A DNA stretch of 63,574 nt, filler included, from Octopus bimaculoides (Eukaryota), in the NCBI RefSeq assembly GCF_001194135.2. It is 5 parts of 4 records of this genome, joined end to end, with 100 filler letters (N's around TTAATTAATTAA, not from the genome) between each part and the next. Parts side by side here need not be neighbours in the genome. Positions count along the whole stretch, not along the records: positions 52,497 to 63,574 come from NC_068982.1; 4 more parts are not named here. One strand, given 5' to 3'. Position 1 is the stretch's first letter, and every line of letters starts with the position of its first letter. Below, one piece after another: positions 52,760 to 63,574 of the stretch. Both the position numbers and the translations under genes were made by a program. The notes under the pieces are model-generated. The model did no database searches, was not told the DNA's origin, and was given only the letters and a program-made list of their open reading frames with translations.

Positions 52760-53220
52760 CATTTTGAGCATCTTTGCAACTATCCCTGATGGACATGCAG
52801 CTTTCCTTCCACATCCTTGATTGCCTTATCTACTATGCTGATGTCAACTTGGAATTGTTGGTCCCTCTGTAGGGTCAGCATGAAATAGCCCCACTTCATC
52901 TCATGCATTCTTCATGTCTGATAGCCTCTTGTAACGGCACTTTCATGCCACCTTCTTGTCCTTCACCATGGCATCATCTTTCTTTTGTTGTGAACCTGAA
53001 AACCACACACCTCTGATGCTCATGTTGCAAGATATGAGCAAAACACCTTCCTCTCAGCCTCACCTTAGCCAAAGATGACTTGCCAGCTAGGGGCCCTTCC
53101 AGCCATTTGATAATGCTCCCAACTACTGCCTTCCTCTTCTCAGGTTTCCAAAGTTTGTCTCTTAGCTTTACTGCCCTATTAACAGTATCATTCCACCCTA
53201 AGCAAGCCATGTATCAATGT
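52760..53220 (-). mobile_element. RTE LINE 3' fragment in sequence downstream of PSMC3 exon 3
   Basis: Decayed KAVVGSII..LEGP...GRCFAHILQHEHQRCV...KKDDAMVKDKKVA*KCRY pattern of the RTE C-terminus. Confidence 0.5.
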
Positions 53221-53322
53221 ATGTTGTCTACATTTAACATCTATAGTCCCTGAAGCAAGTAAAGTAACATACATAAAAATGGGGGAAAGAATAACACCAG
53301 CACACTGATCTGAAGTACTTAC

Positions 53323-53448
53323 CTCAATAACATTCGATACCAGATAGGGCAAAGTTTTGTTCACTTTGATTTTCTCTTTGTTTTCTTTTATTTTGTCTTT
53401 CTGGGTTTGAAGTTCATGTTTGATTCTCTGATCGTCTGTCCTCATGAT
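53323..53448 (-). CDS. PSMC3: 26S proteasome regulatory ATPase Rpt5, third coding exon (126 nt, coiled coil into OB fold)
   Basis: TTTCAG acceptor and GTAAGT donor. [42 protein letters not shown] contains the diagnostic [17 protein letters not shown] motif. Confidence 0.95.
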
Positions 53449-53779
53449 CTGAAATGAATAAATAAATAAATATATGCATTTGGAAATGTAACAAACTGTA
53501 AAGAATTTCCATACCATTTCATTCTTGTTTGTTAGTAGTTTGATTTGGAAGAAACAGCAGTGGCCAGGATCTTTCTAGACTCTCCAAGAAGACTAAAATT
53601 AGATCAAAACATGGTTAATGCTGTCCTTGAACTGCTGCAGGACGACAACAGTGTAGTGGGGTTGTAGAGTGGTGAGGTGGGTCCAGCAATACTGGTGTGC
53701 ACATGCCACATTGTGAGGAGGCTTCCAACCCGTAAGACTGGCACTCATAGGTTGATATACAAGAGGCAGTTAAACTAGC

Positions 53780-54720
53780 TATCAAGTGCAACAACAGTTC
53801 TCTCACAAAAAGGTAACTGGTGGGTGACATACAAGAACAAGTCTCCAGTAGATCTGATTTTATTGAAGTTCTACTGGTAGTCATTAAGGTGGAAAAGGAA
53901 GTTAAGGTTTTGGAAAAGGTAATTCTTAATGGATGTTTCTATTGTCTTTGAGAAGATGAGAGCAATGAGGTTAATAATTGGTCAAATTAGGGGATTCTTC
54001 TCCTTGGGAACAGTACAAATTGTATTGTTTTACTAAAGATTGTGATTGATTCTTGTGGAGAGAGAGAGATTGAGAAGTTTGCAAGGATAGATGCTAGTTC
54101 TGATGTGCATTGTTTGTATGTAATGGAAGGGACACTGGCAGAGTCGGTTTGAAGTAACTGGAGGCATTTCCATATATGGCATGTATAAGTTGGTAGAATG
54201 AAGAAAAGGACAGCAAATGTGGAAGAGATTTATCCAATGTGTACAGTGTGTAGTTGTATTCCAAATGGACAGCAAATGTGGAAGGAAGGAGGGTTCTACA
54301 GACTTACTAAGGTCCTTTTAGCAAAGGAACCAAAGTACCAACCACATGGCTTGTGGGTTTGTGTATGGAGGTATGTGTGTCAATGGTGGGTAAACGATGA
54401 TCCAAGTTTGTAAGGGTGGGTGGTTTTCTTTGGGCATTGTAAAGAATGGTCTTCCTGAACTGCTGCAGCACAGTTATGAGTGAATTACTTGAAAGATTTG
54501 GGAGTATGAGTTTTAGTTGTAGGAGGGATGTGGAAAAATCATGTCTAAAAAATGTTTTTCTAAAATAGCTTTATCAGAGAAGAAAGAGCAGTGTTTGTCT
54601 TAGTGAGGTGTGGGAGTTAACTGCAGATGACAGAGTGGTAGTCTGTAACCAAGGGCTAAATTGGTAGTGTTAAATAAATCACTTGAGGAAAAGAAGAAGA
54701 GTCAGTCCAAAAAGATTTTC
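53780..54720 (-). mobile_element. CR1/L2/Jockey-like LINE remnant (RT N-terminus) in PSMC3 intron 2
   Basis: VPKEKNPLI*PIINLIALIFSKTIETSIKNYL...NDYQ*NFNKIRSTGDLFLYVTHQ resembles RT domains 0-2 (RPIsL..v.SK.mE...Q.GFr..RST.D). Confidence 0.55.
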
Positions 54721-55092
54721 TAATTTCTGAATGCTGACATCGAAAAGTAACCATAGCAGAAGACTAGGGATGATATGAAAGTGATGAGGTCACAGAATGA
54801 TCAAGTCTCTTAAATGAGATGACAGAGGATTAGAATAAGTGGCAACATGGAGTACAGCAGATCAGTCAACTCATACCTGCATGGAAAATACAGGTAAAAA
54901 TGATGTCTTCAGTATATAAAAACAAACACAGCAAACTTGTAAAGAATATTGCTAATTATGCATTTCTGGTAGTAGCTATTCAAATTGATTATGTAATTAG
55001 AATATTTCTTCAAACTGTAACAAATGTGAAACTATAAAGAAATAAGTAGATCAAAAGGGAACCTTAATTAATAATGTTACATATTTACTTAC

Positions 55093-55173
55093 GCTAACTT
55101 CGTTATCAAGCAGTCTGGTTCGGCTAATTATTTCATCTGTTGACATACGTAACACTTCTTCACCAAGCACTTC
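55093..55173 (-). CDS. PSMC3: 26S proteasome regulatory ATPase Rpt5, second coding exon (81 nt)
   Basis: TTCCAG acceptor and GTAAGT donor. EVLGEEVLRMSTDEIISRTRLLDNEVS matches Rpt5 [24 protein letters not shown]. Confidence 0.93.
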
Positions 55174-56609
55174 CTGGAAAGCAATTACATTTCGATGAAC
55201 TAAGAAATTCTTGAATGAATATATATAAAAGTACATACATGATGAGAACATGTTTAAACAAAGAATTAGAAAGAAATAGTTGATTTCATTTTTTTTATTT
55301 GTCTATCATATTTTCATTTAAAATATACAAATACAGTTGTTGAATTCAATGAAAAAGAAAATAACAGTTACAAACAAGTTCATCACCATTGTCATTTAAC
55401 ATCCGTTTTCTATGCTGGAATGGGGTGGATGGTTTGATAGGAGCTGGTAACCTAAGAGAACTGTACTAGGCTCCATGTCTGTTTTGGCATGGCTTCTATG
55501 GCTGGATGCCCTTCCTAATACCAACCACTTTACAGAGTGTACTGGGTGCTTTTTACAAGGTACCAGCAAGTTATGTATATATATATATATATATATATGA
55601 AAAAAAAAAAACCCAGTAAAAAATGGACCCATAAGATTAAGTAAATGTCTGGTGAAGCTTCTAAGAGAAAACATGGCTTTCTTAGCAATCCTCCTCCTCC
55701 TCTTTTTTTTTTTCTGTGAGAGTACACAATTTGATGACTGAATATAACTTGTAACTCTGTAAACATTAAATTTCTTGCCCTGATGTGCTTCAGAAATCAT
55801 CATTAGGTAAAGGATTGGCAGAATTTAGTGCCACACAAAATACTTTGTGATAATTAGCTATTTCTTCTTTTCTATGGTTTTAGAAAAGGAGTGTTTGTGT
55901 GTGTGGTGTGTATGTGTGTCTGTTGGTCAACTTTGGTTTTCATTCTTCTGGAGTTGATAAAATACTAAGAACTGTGGTTGATTTAATTGATTAACCTCTT
56001 CTTACAAATTTCTGACCTTGTGCCTACGTAAAAAAAAATCAAAAAAAAAAATCAATTTCATTAGGAAGTGGTGTGACAAAATTCCACTCCATATCCAAAG
56101 ACCTAGTATTCAGTAACTATGCTAATAATAGGTTTTATAGATTGTTACAAGAACATTTGATTTCAGAATAAAATGAGACATAACTAGCAACACAGAAGGG
56201 TGTGGGGGTAGAGCAGCTTCAGTTAACCTTATTTTGGGACTGGATTTTATAAATCTCTACAGGATTTGAACTTTGAACATAAGGTTATGTAACAAAATAC
56301 TGCAAGGCAAGTAGTTCCAGGTTCAGTCCCACAGCATGGCACCTTCTACTATAGTCCTTGTAAGCAAAGCCTTTTATCCTTTTCTTGTTTCAGTCAGTTG
56401 ACTGCAGAGATGCTGGGGCATCATCTTGAAGGGTTTCAGTCAAACAAATCGACTCCAGGACTTAATTTTTAAGCCTAGTACTTATTCAGTTGGTCTATTT
56501 TGCTGAACAGTTAAGTTATGGGGACATAAACACGCCAACACTGGTTGTCAATTGGTGGTGGTGGTGGTGGTAGTGGGAGGAGCAAACACAGACACAAAGA
56601 AACTGAAAC

Positions 56610-56825
56610 AGCCTGCCATGTGTGTGCACAAGAGAGAAGACTGCACTGGTACGACCATGCGATGCACGTGGGAGATGGCAGTTGCATAGCAAAGTGCCAA
56701 CAACTGAATGCAGATAGAACTGTGGAACAAAGGAGTGAAATAGTCACCTCCTCTGTGTTGAGTCTCATGGGGTAGATGACAAAGAACCAAGATGACTGGT
56801 GATTTGCTGTTCTTGAGAAGACCAT
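56610..56825 (+). mobile_element. RTE LINE C-terminal fragment
   Basis: CAQERRLHWYDHAMH..DGSCIAKC...AVLEKT, typical of the RTE ORF end. Confidence 0.7.
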
Positions 56826-56984
56826 TTCATATCATTTGTCTATGTCTCTGCACCCAATCTGTCCCTCTTCTCTACAACTCATTCTCCTAACATCACTCCT
56901 ATTCCTCATAGTCTTTCAGGTCAAAATAGAAAAGTTTAAGGTTGGCTGCCAATGGCAACTCCACTATGCTGGTGACTGAGTTCT

Positions 56985-57800
56985 TGCAGTTCTGGTAGTG
57001 ATATTCAGCTATCAGAGCAAGGTCATCAGCATAGAGGAGCTCCCAGGGGCAACCTGTCTTGAATCCCTCTGTTATTGCCTGGAGGACTATGATGAACAAG
57101 AGGGGGATGAGGACCAATCCTTGGTGAACCCCTACATGTACCTTGAATTCTTTGTTGTACATGGCTTGTGCAGTTCTTACCAACCACTCGTCTATCCCTA
57201 GTTTCTGCATTGACCACCAGATAAGGGATCAGGGCACTCTGTCAAAGGCTTTCTCCAAGTCAACAAAAGCCAGGTACAGAGGTTTATCTTTGGCTAGGTA
57301 TTTCTCCTGCAGCTGCCTTACCAGAAATATAACATCAGTGGTGCTTCTCTCTGGCACAAAACCAAACTGCATCTCATTTAGACTAACTCTCTCCCTAATT
57401 AGTTGGGCTATCACTCTCTGTAACTTTCATCACCTGATCTAACAATTTGATACCTCTGTAATTATTTCTAAGGCATCACCTTTACCTTTATAGCAGTTGA
57501 CTATGGTGCTGCTGCACTAGTCATTGGGTATGGCTCCTTTGTGAACCACCTACATTTATAATACAGGTGACCAAACCATAATCCACACTGCCAGATATAT
57601 TAAGCATCTCAGTGGTGATTCCTGATGAGCCAGGAGCTTTCTCTGTCTTCAAATTCTTAATTGCTTTATCTACCCAGGTACTGTTGATTTGGATAGCTGG
57701 ACTTTCAATTGGGTCAACATTTGGCAGACTCTCCTCCTCTCATTCATTCTCCACATTCAGTAGTCTTTCATAATGGCATCTTCAAGCCTTTTTTTTGCTG
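56985..57800 (-). mobile_element. RTE-clade LINE, reverse transcriptase part (inverted 5' segment)
   Basis: QFGFVPERSTTDVIFLVRQLQEKYLAK.KPLYLAFVDLEKAFDRVP, GVHQG..L.PLLFIIVLQAITE.FKTGCPWELLYADDLALIAE, with stops and a small deletion. Confidence 0.92.
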
Positions 57801-57807
57801 AATCATT

Positions 57808-58612
57808 AAAGCTAACTTAGCAAAGACTAAGGTGGTAAGCAGAAAAACAAGACACCAACCCCTTCAGGTAAATGGCTCTATTTGATATGTAGAAAAAGAT
57901 GTAGGTAAAAATTCCATATAGTGCAAATTATAGACATAAGGGGTGCAGTGGAATCACAGGATGGTTAACAGAGAAAGCAGACTTTGTGGCAGATGCATAG
58001 GAGCAATACATTTTTTGGAATGCTCAAGAGAAAGTTCAGAAAGCTATTTCCTCTGTTGATAACAAAAGGCCTCTCTCTCAGAGTGAAAGGCAAATTGTAT
58101 GATGCTTGCATATGAACAGCAACACTATATGGTTGTGAAGCTTGGGCCATGAATGCAGAGTTGATACAAAGACTAGAAAGAAATGAAACTAGCATGAAAC
58201 ACCAGTGGGTATATACAACAAAGTACAAATGTATTGAGAGAAAAACTGAGCATAAGAGGCAAGATGTGGTGTGCAAGAGAATGCTGACATGATAATGTGA
58301 TGTGGATGAATGAGGTCAGCTGTATAATGAAGTACTTACTGTTAAACATGGATGAAATCTACGGAAGAGGAAAATCCAGGAAAATATGGAATGAGGTAGG
58401 GACGCCAGTACTGCCTGTGACAGTGGCACACACAAAGCACCCACTACACTCTCGGAGTGGTTGGCGTTAGGAAGGGCATCCAGCTGCAGAAACTTTACCA
58501 GATTGGATTGGAGCCTGGTGCAGCCTTCTGGCTTGCCAGCCCTCAGTCAAACCAGCCAACCCATGCCAGCATGGAAAGCGGACGTCAAATGACGATGATG
58601 ATGTAGAGTAGA
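57808..58612 (+). mobile_element. RTE-clade LINE, post-YADD and 3' segment with (GAT)n tail
   Basis: NLAKTKVV, KGLSLRVKGKLYDAC...LYGCEAW...RLERNE, then a 3'UTR ending CCATGCCAGCATGGAAAGCGGACGTCAAATGACGATGATGATG. Confidence 0.8.
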
Positions 58613-58889
58613 CCAATTTCAAGGAGATAACAAAGGGCTGAGATAAATGGTAATTTGCTCTGCTTAAGAAGATCCATCCATCTTTGCAATAATGAGATCC
58701 TGTCAAGTTGTCACCCACAAATCCTCTTCTAACATACTCAAGTGCTTTAAATGATACCATTTATTCCCCTTACATTTCATATTTTATCCCTATTACAGTC
58801 TCTTACCACCACCTCCTCTTCTTTTTTGACCCATTCTTATTTCTTTCACTTCCCCCAAACTGATACCATTGTTCATACCACAACAAGAT

Positions 58890-59240
58890 TCTACACAAGA
58901 ACATGGCCATCAGCCTACAGAAGTCTCCATGGACAGTTGATCTTAAACTCTTCTGTTATGGCTTGGAGGACTATAATAAACAAGAGAAGGCTGAAGATAG
59001 AGCCTTGATGGATCCCTACCTGCACTCTACACTCTGTGCTCATTGATAACTGTCACTTTTCAGACTGACTTTTCATATATAGCCTGTATAGCTTTCAAGA
59101 GCCATTCCCAGCTTTGTTAGTGTTCATTAAATGAGAGAGTGATGGACTTTCTCTAGATCTACAAATGCTCCTTGCATCTAATGTACCACTCTCACCCTCT
59201 ATGTTGTTAATGTTTCAGATGTCTACAGTGACTTCTGCAG
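58890..59240 (-). mobile_element. RTE RT fragment
   Basis: VQVGIHQGSIFSLLLFIIVLQAITEEFKINCPWRLL. Confidence 0.75.
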
Positions 59241-59585
59241 GCTGTAAATTGAGAGGGACAAGAAATAAAAAGTTAACCCACTGATTATAGGTGAAATAAC
59301 TACCCATGCATATTCTGACTACCAACAGGCAATCCAAATTTTTTAATTCTTTTTATATGCAAAAGTTAAATACCAATCAACTATGTTATCACTGAAAATC
59401 CTCAGGTTATAAACTTCCGAACTGCCACTGTTAATATTGGCACATTGAACAGAAGGTCAATAGAGATAGTGAAGACACTTGAGTGGAGGTAGATTGAGGC
59501 ATGTTGTGTGCAAGAGATAAAATGGAAGGGAGCCTTAACTAAAGTGAGTAGAGTTGGTAGATGGAAACTGAAAGAAGCCTGTCAC

Positions 59586-59616
<31 letters not shown>

Positions 59617-59968
59617 GAGGCGCAATGGCCCAGTGGTTAGGGCAGCGGACTCGCGGTTTCGATTCCCAGACCAGGCGTTGTGAGTGTTTATTGAGCGAAA
59701 ACACCTAAAGCTCCACAAGGCTCCGGCAGGGGATGGCTTCCACCACAACTTTCTCTCACTCTTACTTCCTGTTTCTGTTGTGCTTGTAATTCAAAGGGTC
59801 AGCCTTGTCACACTGTGTCACGTTGAATATCCCCGAGAACTACGTTAAGGGTATACGTGTCTGTGGAGTGCTCAGCCACTTGCACGTTAATTTCACAAGC
59901 AGGCTGTTGCTTTGATTGGATCAACTGGAACTCTCGACGTCGTAAGCGACGGAGTGCCAACAACAACA
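59617..59968 (+). mobile_element. SINE family C nested in the microsatellite of a family B SINE
   Basis: Family B 5' part (..GGAAACTGAAAGAAGCC) precedes it and family B 3' part (TTTGTCCCCCCAACATCGCTTGACAAC..) resumes after it. Confidence 0.8.
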
Positions 59969-60239
59969 TATATATGTATGTGTGTGTGTTTGTCCCCCCA
60001 ACATCGCTTGACAACTGATGCTGGTGTGTTTACGTCCCCGTAACTTAGCGGTTCGGCAAAGAGACCGATAGAATAAGTACTAGGCTTACAAAAAATAAAT
60101 CCTGGAGTCGATTTGCTCGATTAAAGGCAGTGCTCCAGCATGGCCGCAGTCAAATGACTGAAACAAGTAAAAGAGTAAAGAGAGTCGATGACTGGAAGGA
60201 GAGGGCAAAGTTCACCACAGTGGGATTTGCACTTAAAAG

Positions 60240-60735
60240 GGTCAAAACAAATATTGGTTTCAAATTTTGGCACAAGGCCAACAATTTTGGGGGAAGGAAT
60301 AAGTCGATTACATCGACCCCCAGTGTCCAACTGGTACTTATGTTATCAACCCTGAAAGGATAAAAGTCAAAGTCTTACCAGAATTTGAACTCTGAACATA
60401 AAGACAGACGAAATACGATGAAGCATTTTTGTCTGGCGTGCTAACGATTCTGTCACAGGGCGTTTTGTTTGATGCGCCAACGATTCTGTGAAACTGCTGA
60501 ATAATAATAACAACAATAATACTTTCTACAAAAGGCACAAAGCCTGGAATTTGAGGGGAGAGCGAAAGTCGATTACATCGACCCCAGTATTCAACTGGTA
60601 CTTATTTTATCGACCCTGAAAGGATGAAAGGTAAAGTCGACCTCGGCGGAATTTGAACTCAGAACGTAAAGACAGACGAAATGCCACAAAAGCATTTCCC
60701 CCGGCATGCTAACGAGTCTGCCAGGTCACCGCCTT
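60240..60735 (-). mobile_element. Two tandem SINE family A copies in PSMC3 intron 1
   Basis: Same blocks as 17115-17770, separated by an AAT/AAC repeat. Confidence 0.8.
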
Positions 60736-61584
60736 AATAAGAATAACGGTAGGAATAAAACACAAAAGAATTGAAACATTTTCGTCAGCACAAATAAATA
60801 AAAGCAATGATTCGTTTAGTTAAAAGGAGAAAAGCTATTGAACTAAATCGGATTATTTAAACAGCTGATGGGTAATTTGGCTACCTTTCATGCATTGTTG
60901 ATCTAAATAGGTAAAACGTGGTGGTGGGAAAGCCGAGATGGTCACACCTGGAATGTCTCATAGGTCTCCTCGATCGGAGTGGACCTGATACAATACAAAT
61001 TTTGTCAAGAGAGGGGTAGAGTTTAACCTCTCTCAGGAGAATAAATTAAATACTGCCAGTCATTGTGTTCAATGCAAGTCAAAGAGGGAAACCTCGATCT
61101 GCTGCAAAAAAAAAAAAACCCAGTTAAATCTCCCTGAAATCACACTTTTTCTTCAACTTATCCCCTCCCCACTACATTAGATAATTCAGTCTCTCATATA
61201 ACAAAACGATGGGATAATTACGACTGGATACTCTCCTCTCAGTTTGTTGATGGATGATCTGGGATTAAACAACAGTAATCTTTATAATAATCTTTAGACA
61301 CACGATTAAAGATAGTGAACAAAGTTTTAAATATGATATAATACAAACTTTTATCGCACTTATATAATAATTAAATTATCTGACAAATAATTTCAGAAAC
61401 AAAAAAGAAAGAAAACAAGATTTCAGGCCATGACGCAGCAAAATGTGGAGAGAAAGAGAAAATAAAATAGATTTGCAACGTTTTCTTCCAAAACTAAAAC
61501 AAGTTGATATTCAATGAGCTTGTTTAGTTAGTTGTTACATATATATATAATTAGATATTATGGTTTAATTATGAAAAGCTTTAC

Positions 61585-61626
61585 CTCGCCGTCCAATAAA
61601 TTTAAATTATCTCCAAGGGTCGCCAT
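61585..61626 (-). CDS. PSMC3: 26S proteasome regulatory ATPase Rpt5 (subunit 6A), first coding exon
   Basis: ATG at 61626-61624 in AATATGGCG context. Encodes MATLGDNLNLLDGE, then a GTAAAG donor (phase 0). Resembles invertebrate Rpt5 N-termini (TLEDKSIWEDGE) and joins exon 2 in frame. Confidence 0.75.
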
Positions 61627-61760
61627 ATTTGCTGGATTGTAAAACTTGTGCACACAAACTACTGACGTGTACACATATTCGCTTCTTCCTGTTTTGATTA
61701 ATATTCTTTAAGAATAGAATAGATTCCTTCGTTTCGGTTTCGAATTTTATGGAGTTTGTT
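61627..61760 (-). promoter_or_regulatory. Probable PSMC3 5'UTR/core promoter
   Basis: Immediately upstream of the start codon. Locally retains CpG, with an ETS-like AACAGGAAG (61685-61693) and a TGACGT CRE-like core (61663-61668). The motifs are short, so this is only suggestive. Confidence 0.35.
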
Positions 61761-63104
61761 GAAAGAAATATAAAGTAAAAGAAAAAAATTAAAATATAAG
61801 TAATAGATATGGTTATACCATTAACTTACGAGTAAATTCGACAAAACGCTTCACAATATCTAAATTGTAATGTCTCACTGTTTAGTATTTTGTAGTTATA
61901 CGAGTTGAGGGAGACACGGGTCTTCATTCCAAGCAAAAAGTTGTTTTGGAGTCGGTTTGCGTGAAATGCGGCTATTTTGGTAACGGTTACTAAGAGTTAT
62001 GGTCAAGCATGGTAAATAAACATCAAGTATTTTACTACTGGCAGAGTGCTAGCTATACCGTTTATTAGTTAAAGAGGAAATGTCCCAGGGATGCTTTTGG
62101 CTTGAATATATAGTTAAGTACAGGCTAACATAATTAATATAAGTAAGTAAATAATAATTTCTAATTAATTGAAGTAATAAGAAAAGTCATTAGCATTAAT
62201 TCCTTTTCTTGTTCTTTTCCTGTTGCACAAGTTGCTGGGTTAACTCTCTTGTGCTAGTGGCATGAATAAGCACCCAATAAAGTGGTTGATGTGAGGAAGG
62301 ACATTCACCTATGGCAACCATGCCGAGGCTGACTTTGGAGTACAATGCAGACCCGTGGCTCATGAGATCCTGTCAAACTCTCCAGAACATTCCAATACAG
62401 AAAATGGATGTTAAGTGATGATGAGGAAAATTGTTTTCAAAGGGGGTGTAGAACCTCATTTGCCCCCCCCCCCCCAAAAAAAAATTTGAAACCAAATTCA
62501 CCTGCTTGTTGCTTGTCAAGCAAGTGAGAAATCCTTTGTTTGCATCTATGCACCAGATGATTAATGGGAAACACTTGACCTCCAGGGACCTTGCTGGTTA
62601 CAGAAAGGTTAGTCCTTTGTTTAGGATTTGACCTACATTCCTGGCCACAGATATATAACAGAGATCATTTCCTTTCTCACTCTCTTTTGCCCTCACCCTA
62701 ACCCTAACCCATACAAAAGAAGCTTTCAGCTGAAATCAAGAAAGGACGATGTCACTGTTACCTTTCTTCCTCTCTTAGCACAGTACATTCCCTACTCTTT
62801 CTCTCTCAACTAGTAGACCACAACTTCCCCACTAGCGCCTACCAACCAGCAGCTGAACCTTTTGTCACTATCACTACAATTACTGCTGTCTTACTAACCA
62901 CTTGTTGAGCAAATGAAAAATGTAAATGATATTCTTTCCTTTTTGGTGTTTTCCTTCAATGTTTTTTCACTGATTTCTCCATTGTGAGAACCTGAAGCAT
63001 TACAGACATCCACGACTTTTGGTAGTTGGCTACATTATACCAACACACAATTTTAGCCACTACAATTGGCTTAAAATGACTAAAAATTAAATGAAGACAT
63101 AAAT

Positions 63105-63574
63105 CATCATCATCATCATCATCGTTTAACGTCCGCTTTCCATGCTGGCATGGGTCGGACGATTTGACTGAGGACTGGTGCAACCAGATGGCAACACCAG
63201 GCTCCAATCTAATTTGGCAGAGTTTCTACAGCTGGATGCCCTTCCTAACGCCAACCACTCAGAGAGTGTAGTGGGTGCTTTTACGTGTCACCCGCACGAA
63301 GGCCAGTCAGGCGGTACTGGCAACGGCCACGCTCAAAATGGTGTCTTTTATGTGCCACCCGCACAAGAGCCAGTCCAGGGGCACTGGTAACGATTTTGCT
63401 CGAAAATCCTACGAAGGCCAGTCAGGTGGTACTGGCAACAGTCACGCTCAAAATGGTGCATCTTATGTGCCACCCGCACAAGAGCTAGTCCAGGGGCACT
63501 GGCAACGATCTCACTTGGCTTGCCGGGTCTTCTCACGCACAGCACATTTCCAAAGGTCTCGGTCAGTAGTCATC
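63105..63574 (-). mobile_element. Young RTE 3'UTR/tail element with (GAT)n tail; near-identical copy at 52155-52396 and older copies at about 690-1030, 11212-11640, 12582-12900, 18370-18760 and 55380-55565
   Basis: Shared CATCATCGTTTAACGTCCGCTTTCCATGCTGGCATGGG...GGATGCCCTTCCTAACGCCAACCAC segment, which is the same 3' end that follows RTE coding sequence at 58400-58612. Confidence 0.75.

Noticed and set aside
62690-62712. CCCTCACCCTAACCCTAACCC telomere-like repeat
   Set aside because: Only about 3 units, which is expected by chance or as part of decayed repeats.

Overview
Eukaryotic, AT-rich, repeat-dense draft-assembly sequence with many N gaps. The tRNA-derived SINE and RTE repertoire and the (TA)n/(CA)n/(AAT)n microsatellite load suggest an octopod cephalopod (inference, not database-checked). 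Two host genes are recognisable, both only in part. On the + strand are two consecutive internal exons of cytoplasmic dynein-2 heavy chain DYNC2H1 (12218-12466, 20039-20112). On the - strand are the first three coding exons of a somewhat divergent proteasome ATPase Rpt5/PSMC3 (61626-61585, 55173-55093, 53448-53323). I found no continuation of either gene in the 33 kb between them. That interval holds four unsized 100-base gaps padded with TTAATTAATTAA and looks CpG-richer by eye than the gene-body blocks, so either true antisense nesting or a scaffolding join is possible. The rest is mobile DNA: three mariner remnants, two inverted pogo-like elements (one retaining an in-frame Brinker-type DNA-binding plus acidic-tail mini-ORF), Penelope/Neptune GIY-YIG retroelements, RTE LINEs (one with a twin-priming-type 5' inversion), an R4/Dong-like tail in (TAA)n, a CR1/L2-like remnant, a hAT MITE, several SINE families, a 28-bp minisatellite and several long palindromes. 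No CRISPR, rRNA or bona fide tRNA gene is supported. I did not find a clearly novel system; the best leads are listed under findings. Repeat boundaries are approximate unless a TSD or TIR is given.
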